From NCBI GenBank assembly GCA_030141605.1, contig JAQGDQ010001396.1, positions 1 to 42,729 on the forward strand: a stretch of 42,729 nucleotides of DNA, in the 5' to 3' direction. The notes under the pieces are model-generated. The model did not search any database and was not told where the DNA came from. It saw only the letters and a program-made list of their open reading frames with translations. How positions within the stretch are numbered: position 1 is the first letter of the stretch; each line of letters starts with the position of its first letter. The translations under genes were made by a program, and so were the position numbers. The DNA comes from Tubiluchus corallicola. Lineage: Eukaryota; Animalia; Priapulida. Of this stretch, positions 39,101 to 42,729 are shown one piece after another.

Positions 39101-39569
39101 ACGCCATGAGTTCTCTGTGGGTCCCAAACTAGCATCATCTCATAGGGTGAAAGAGTCGGCACACAGTCGGTCCAGCTCTGAACCAAAATCATTGACGCCT
39201 GCGACAGCACCAACTGTTTCACTGACTGACGCTGTAGATGATTTGAAGATATCCACAACAATTTTGCCACCAACCAATCAAGAGCAGATTCGACATCTAG
39301 TGACAGACTCGTCAAGCGAGGATGATTTGACGACAGAAACTTCATTTACTGAAGCAAAACCACGCGAAAGATCAGTCAGTGATTTGTTTGATAGAGCAGA
39401 AGTGGTGTCAAGCACTGATGCTTTATCTCCATCCAATACTATGATCGGTGAGATTACTAAATTAGCTCAGATGGTACAGCAGCAGTTTAGCACATCAGAG
39501 GAGCATGTTTCCAGTGCTTCACCATCACCAACAAAGTCTAAACAGACAAGTAATATAGAAAGCTTATGA
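9062..39569 (+). CDS. CLEC16A: Protein CLEC16A homolog (endolysosomal/autophagy regulator, FPL domain); 24 coding exons, about 1156 aa
   Basis: The spliced translation reads MFLSKPKGW...[14 protein letters not shown]...[24 protein letters not shown]...[40 protein letters not shown]...[20 protein letters not shown]...[18 protein letters not shown]. All 23 introns are GT-AG with matching phases. Confidence 0.96.
10409..10537 (+). CDS. CLEC16A: CLEC16A exon 2
   Basis: ttttag|..[42 protein letters not shown](D)|gtaag. Confidence 0.95.
11687..11820 (+). CDS. CLEC16A: CLEC16A exon 3
   Basis: [48 protein letters not shown] bounded. Confidence 0.95.
12107..12174 (+). CDS. CLEC16A: CLEC16A exon 4
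   Basis: [22 protein letters not shown], acag/gtaagt. Confidence 0.95.
12597..12677 (+). CDS. CLEC16A: CLEC16A exon 5
   Basis: [27 protein letters not shown]. Confidence 0.95.
13094..13199 (+). CDS. CLEC16A: CLEC16A exon 6
   Basis: [35 protein letters not shown]. Confidence 0.95.
13585..13708 (+). CDS. CLEC16A: CLEC16A exon 7
   Basis: [40 protein letters not shown]. Confidence 0.95.
13984..14173 (+). CDS. CLEC16A: CLEC16A exon 8
   Basis: [25 protein letters not shown]...[24 protein letters not shown]|gtgag. Confidence 0.94.
14431..14481 (+). CDS. CLEC16A: CLEC16A exon 9
   Basis: [17 protein letters not shown]|gtaagc. Confidence 0.92.
16241..16342 (+). CDS. CLEC16A: CLEC16A exon 10
   Basis: [34 protein letters not shown]|gtaag. 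Confidence 0.92.
17633..17861 (+). CDS. CLEC16A: CLEC16A exon 11 (acidic internal disordered region)
   Basis: [30 protein letters not shown]...DQGALA, phase-consistent. Confidence 0.85.
18386..18503 (+). CDS. CLEC16A: CLEC16A exon 12
   Basis: [19 protein letters not shown]...QFSLTN(R)|gtgagt, with the conserved NxTDEEK motif. Confidence 0.9.
19191..19291 (+). CDS. CLEC16A: CLEC16A exon 13
   Basis: [33 protein letters not shown]. Confidence 0.94.
21076..21128 (+). CDS. CLEC16A: CLEC16A exon 14
   Basis: [17 protein letters not shown], catag/gtaagg, phase 1 to 0. Confidence 0.85.
21504..21573 (+). CDS. CLEC16A: CLEC16A exon 15
   Basis: [23 protein letters not shown]|gtaagt. Confidence 0.9.
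22244..22452 (+). CDS. CLEC16A: CLEC16A exon 16
   Basis: [18 protein letters not shown]...[31 protein letters not shown]. Confidence 0.95.
23017..23145 (+). CDS. CLEC16A: CLEC16A exon 17
   Basis: [43 protein letters not shown]. Confidence 0.95.
23617..23737 (+). CDS. CLEC16A: CLEC16A exon 18
   Basis: [40 protein letters not shown]. Confidence 0.95.
24072..24114 (+). CDS. CLEC16A: CLEC16A exon 19 (43 nt)
   Basis: (N)[13 protein letters not shown](G), gcag/gtaagt. Confidence 0.93.
24291..24361. repeat. Compound (ATT)n/(ATC)n microsatellite
   Basis: attattatta ctatcatcatcatcatcatc attattatt... seen directly. Confidence 0.9.
26457..26565 (+). CDS. CLEC16A: CLEC16A exon 20
   Basis: [36 protein letters not shown]|gtaagt. 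Confidence 0.95.
27570..28272. mobile_element. Non-autonomous element with imperfect terminal IRs of about 20 bp and internal tandem duplications
   Basis: aggaaacaggtttgtcaaaa (about 27573-27592) pairs with ttttgccaaaaccgtttgtcct (about 28248-28269). 27636-27830 is duplicated at 27884-28090, and there is a third copy of the caggaaatgtctcaa...aaagctt unit near 28133. Confidence 0.7.
29989..29994 (-). terminator. Candidate polyadenylation signal of the Kir gene
   Basis: AATAAA on the - strand about 270 nt past the stop codon; common in AT-rich DNA, so weak. Confidence 0.3.
30267..31676 (-). CDS. KCNJ: Inward-rectifier potassium channel (Kir/Irk family), 469 aa, nested antisense in CLEC16A intron 20
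   Basis: [27 protein letters not shown] slide helix, M1, the conserved extracellular Cys pair, [12 protein letters not shown] selectivity filter, EECP, M2, [22 protein letters not shown] and [23 protein letters not shown]. Confidence 0.98.
   Translation of the reverse strand: MSTIHNTGRKSIADVGLGNKPVGIIPPRFMFGHRHRIVRKNGTLNTATKRVSKQKRRYFRDIFTTLLELKWRWTILIFALGFICTWLGFAIVWFIISYVHGDFDHIGDENWKPCILEQYSFASSYLFSLETQHTIGYGARMVTEECPIGAIVLTIQSITGVLVQCIVIGMVFSKVVRPNKRAQTLLFSRNACISVVDEHLSLQFRVGDMRRTEIIEAHIRAILLQKVKTPEGEVIPLNQYELDVGFGSGSDRLLLCWPMTICHIINETSPFYKMTAVDFSEQIFEVIVVLAGINETTGQTMQARTSYLNDEVFWGHKFISLVTFEKEKGIYEIDFSDFHKLIPIETPRCSAEELQADKGDSTEATSPAPSVQGPWPAYTSKNGDKSFQSAATLQMGKYLSQSYSPLTKVKSPTNGSCSPALKHAKRRESGAFLTNSLSKSDSQSLKAEWFLGRYEIGQKNGKGDEIVMV
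31873..32076. mobile_element. Degenerate foldback MITE (about 200 bp)
   Basis: gtaaaatgggttaatg...aaatgatctttgggcttactaaaaa..aaagtaa pairs imperfectly with ttacttt..tttttagtaaagcctgaagaccatttt..cattagcccattttac. Confidence 0.6.
32661..32950 (-). other. Probable upstream (first) exon of the Kir gene
   Basis: Strong - strand donor CAG|GTAAGA at 32661/32660 and an acceptor ttttag at 31687-31686, 9 nt before the Kir ATG. The region is GC/CpG-richer than its flanks. The 5' end is approximate. Confidence 0.55.
33161..33330 (+). mobile_element. tRNA-derived SINE-like element
   Basis: A box TGGCATAGTGG, anticodon-like stem tcggc-cttgtaa-gccga and B box GTTCAAATCC. There is no 3' acceptor stem, and the tail is shared with 34178-34345. 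Confidence 0.65.
34178..34345 (+). mobile_element. Second, more decayed copy of the tRNA-derived SINE-like element
   Basis: gtggtctagttg...cttgtaa...gttcaaatcc head plus gttataacgttttcaca...ttaattgtgggttt tail. Confidence 0.55.
34569..34810. repeat. Polypyrimidine/polypurine (CT/GA)-rich low-complexity tract of about 240 bp
   Basis: Almost exclusively C/T on the + strand. Confidence 0.92.
36395..36568 (+). CDS. CLEC16A: CLEC16A exon 21
   Basis: [20 protein letters not shown]...[22 protein letters not shown]. Confidence 0.95.
36770..36890 (+). CDS. CLEC16A: CLEC16A exon 22
   Basis: [20 protein letters not shown]...RRTSTP. Confidence 0.92.
37132..38023. mobile_element. Tc1/mariner-superfamily (pogo/Tigger-like) non-autonomous DNA transposon, 892 bp
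   Basis: 25-bp TIRs CAGTAGGTGCCGCTTAATAGACTCA (37132-37156 and 37999-38023, 2 mismatches), with TA flanking both ends and no transposase ORF. Confidence 0.9.
38250..38356 (+). CDS. CLEC16A: CLEC16A exon 23 (disordered tail)
   Basis: tttcag|..[35 protein letters not shown]|gtaaaa; bridges phase 1 to phase 0 as required. Confidence 0.8.
38748..39569 (+). CDS. CLEC16A: CLEC16A terminal exon 24 (Ser/Arg/Pro-rich disordered tail)
   Basis: Acceptor tttatag at 38747 is in frame with ORF 38862-39569; stop TGA. Confidence 0.85.
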   Translation, partial: HSERVPKPSARHSATVQSEKEKSRSRDTSPQIFGPSEEMIPLEDFSKKRHRSEASGSGSRGQSSSPEDGKSRRSSSASPRGCVRRPSGPLPRVTQRASTSQSPARSRPRLVRQDSGPKRHEFSVGPKLASSHRVKESAHSRSSSEPKSLTPATAPTVSLTDAVDDLKISTTILPPTNQEQIRHLVTDSSSEDDLTTETSFTEAKPRERSVSDLFDRAEVVSSTDALSPSNTMIGEITKLAQMVQQQFSTSEEHVSSASPSPTKSKQTSNIESL

Positions 39570-40659
39570 TAACTTTTGCGAGTAATCATGATCCAAATTT
39601 GTTGTTAAATTTTATTTGTAAAATATGTATTTTAGTTGTTATCAAGTGGAATAATAATTGCTAATGATTCTTGAAGCTATATTATCGACTTGACTATTTA
39701 TTAGGTTTGTATATTTCTGTGTTATTATCTTAAAAATTAAGTTTTAGATAACAGTAATGTTGAATAATGTGATTTTTGTATTAGACATTTTTATAGTCAG
39801 GTGATCATCATTTTTACGCATTTCACTTTTTTGTCTAAATTACCCTAAAAAATTTAACTTGTTATTTTGCCGCATACACTTAGACACTGATTCTTTTGAG
39901 CTCTGTAACATGTAATCACTTTTTAATACATCACGTGTATATGTAACATAATTATGTATGTTCATAAAACAATACTGCTTTTGTTTTTGTGAATGGGTTT
40001 ACATAGGTCAAACATTACCTTTTTTGGTTAGATGACATGTTGTTGAAACTATGTTTAATTGCCTAAAATTTAAAAAGTATAATATTAATCAAGGTTGCAT
40101 AATTAATACATACAACAATTTGAAATAATTGTAAGCTCAAAAATTAGCTGGTTTCATGTCGAATTGTCAAATCTAGAAAAATGTGGATAAAGTTTGTCTA
40201 TTGTGAACTATAGGCTTTGAAATATATTATTACATTACTGGAGTTGTACTGAATTTCTGCAAGGAATTTATTACGAATTTAGTTTGTGTTTAGGCTGTTT
40301 CTTTTGCTGCACTGATCATGGCTGCATGTTTACCTCATGGAGGAAGGATATGTGTAGGACTCGAACATAGCTGAAACATCTCTGTCAGTTCAGTCTTTTC
40401 TTTAAGTGATATTCTGCTTTGGTAAGCCACGTTCCACATGTGCCATTAAAACATTGAAGTGAACGCTTGAGTAGGTTATGAGGTTGAATGCTGGATTCTG
40501 GCTTACAGTGTGCCAAATGTATGAAAGTGTATGAAAATATGAAAAACTAAAAATAGATTGATCTAATAAAATTATTAATGAAATTAATTACAACTTGTAT
40601 TGATTAACACATTACCAGTTATTTGCTACTTACTAAAAAAGGTTTACTGTCTTTACAGA

Positions 40660-41480
40660 CAACACTAAAACAACTACACACAACTTTAGATCGCCTCCAA
40701 CAACGAACGAATGAAGAACTCAAAAAAATTTCAATTTGGATGAAAGCCAATAAACTATCTGTAAATTATTCAAAAACTAAATATATGATAATCAACCATA
40801 AATCATCTTCAAACGATATTATTCCATTTACTTTAAAAATGGACAACAGTGAAATTATGCTACATCGATAAAATATCTTGGGCTTTATATAGACAACACT
40901 TATACAGACACACATACAAACAATAACACAGAAAATTAATAAAATAATTGGTTTATTCTACAAAATACGACACTTTATTACCATAAAAACACTGCTAATA
41001 CTTTACTATGCACCAATATACCCTTATCTACATTACTGCATTCTTTCTTGGGGAAGAGCAAAAACCACTACTCTTCACCCATTAATTACTGCTCAAAACA
41101 AAATAGTCAAATGTATTACTTTTTCAGCCTACAGGGATCGAGCTACGCCTTCATACAAATATCTGAAACTACTAAAGCTAGCTGATATATACAACTTGGA
41201 ATTACTTAAGTTTATGTTTAAATACAAACACGGCATTTTACCTACTCTATATACAAATTATTTCCAAAAGGTTAGCAATATTCATACTTATGAAACTCGA
41301 GCAGCAACAAGTGGTTTTTATTACCAGGCCCGATATAAAACATCATTTGGCCTAAACACACTGCAACATAATGGAGTCAAACTTTGGAACGCCTTAGATA
41401 CTTCAATAACCACCTGCTCATCAGCGGCGCTAATGGCGGGTAGTTCAAAACAAATTTGCTCGCAGATAATTTCATAAATA
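40660..41480 (+). mobile_element. 5'-truncated, frameshifted CR1/L2-group LINE ORF2 3' fragment
   Basis: NEELKKISIWMKANKLSVNYSKTKYMII, KYLGLYID, YYAPIYPYLHYCILSWG, LKFMFKYKHGILP...HTYETR and GVKLWN spread over several frames. Confidence 0.9.
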
Positions 41481-41787
41481 TTTCAAGTTACTTCTGGTTA
41501 TAGACTAATAAAACTCTAAAATATCAACGTATAAACATCAACATAAAACGTTTTTGTGAATATAAAGGCTACCAAATACGTTGAACCGAAAAAAACATCG
41601 TATCTCGTATGCTGTATGGACATTGGCAATGGTAAATACTCGCAAAAAGTCACATACAGCTACAGATAGTGACACTGGGAGTAATATGGCCTCATCTAAT
41701 AGCAGCTTAAACGAGGATACAGCACAGGCACTTCTTTCCGCTTTTGAAAAACGACTGACAGCAATGGAGGAACGATTGGGTAAGAGG

Positions 41788-42729
41788 TGTTGGGAGCCGT
41801 TTGGACCACTGCGCCAAGTAGACCAATTGGTCTACTTGGGCTAGCCCAAGTAGACCGCGGTCTACTTGGGCTGCCCAAGTAGGACACTAGAGACAGGTCG
41901 TGAATTCAGTCGTTAAGTGTACTGACACCGTCCATTGTGCTTGTTTATGTAATAATAATAATTAAAAACGTTAATACACGTTGAATAATTTATTATACAT
42001 CTAATAAAATAAAATAATTTTATTCTGAGCTGGTAGAACGGACAATATTAAATTTGGTTTCGATATTAATGTTGTTGAAGTGAAAAAACCCCACTTTTCT
42101 GCGAATTCAACATTTGTTTAAGGTATATCATTTTTGATTTTCTCACTTCACAAACAGGTGATCCGTTTCACTACCTCTTGGGCAAATAATTGTTTTCTTA
42201 TAAGTAAACGTTCTAGCCATCTATGTGTCCTACATGGGCTAGCGAGCCATGTAGGACAGTGCCCTACATGTTACAATACTACTGATAATATTAAAACTAA
42301 TTATCCTTGCTTTTCTTAAATGTTAAAAATTACTTTTTGGTGTTGTGAAGGCTTAGCAGCATCTGTCTCATTTTTAAATTTGCAATTATTTCTGTAATAA
42401 CTGTGTGCAGAATTTCTCTCTTTAAAGCATTAGATACTAGGTTTAATGTTATGATATATTAATGGAGTTAATCATAATGATGAAATTATTGTAAGAAATG
42501 CATTTGTAAATTGCCAAGGAATATCCATTTCTAAAAGAAATTTTGTTTTATGCTTTATTATGTCATAACAATACTTATAAACAATGGTAATATAAACTGG
42601 AAACAAGTTTTGCCAGAGCAAGTTTCTCGACAAAAATCGCTAGTGTCCTACTTGGGCTGCCCATGTAGGACACTACTTTTAGCGCATCAAGTGGTCTACT
42701 TGGCGCAGTGGTCCAAACGGCTCCCAACA
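41788..42729. mobile_element. Non-autonomous TIR element with perfect inverted termini of at least 38 bp and palindromic subterminal arrays
   Basis: 41788-41825 TGTTGGGAGCCGTTTGGACCACTGCGCCAAGTAGACCA is the exact reverse complement of 42692-42729. The right end may continue past the window. Confidence 0.9.

Noticed and set aside
41810-41890. CRISPR-like short palindromic repeats
   Set aside because: The units alternate in orientation with only a few nt between them, there are no unique spacers or cas genes, and the context is eukaryotic.

Overview
AT-rich, intron-containing animal genomic DNA. An invertebrate, possibly a lophotrochozoan, is inferred from protein and repeat features, not proven. 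The window holds a complete 24-exon CLEC16A (ema/gop-1 family, FPL domain) gene on the + strand. I reconstructed it by hand as CDS 9062-39569: all introns are GT-AG, phases are consistent, and the CDS is 3471 nt (about 1156 aa). Its largest intron (26566-36394) contains an intact antisense nested inward-rectifier K+ channel gene (Kir/KCNJ, 30267-31676, - strand, uninterrupted 469-aa ORF). This Kir has a probable upstream exon and has lost three of the acidic pore residues that drive strong rectification. The flanks carry a probably decaying rhodopsin-class GPCR 3' fragment, two LINE relics, a candidate solo LTR, several MITE/foldback and HINE-like elements, tRNA-derived SINE-like heads, and a young-looking, highly palindromic TIR element at the window end. 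There are no prokaryotic systems or CRISPR arrays.
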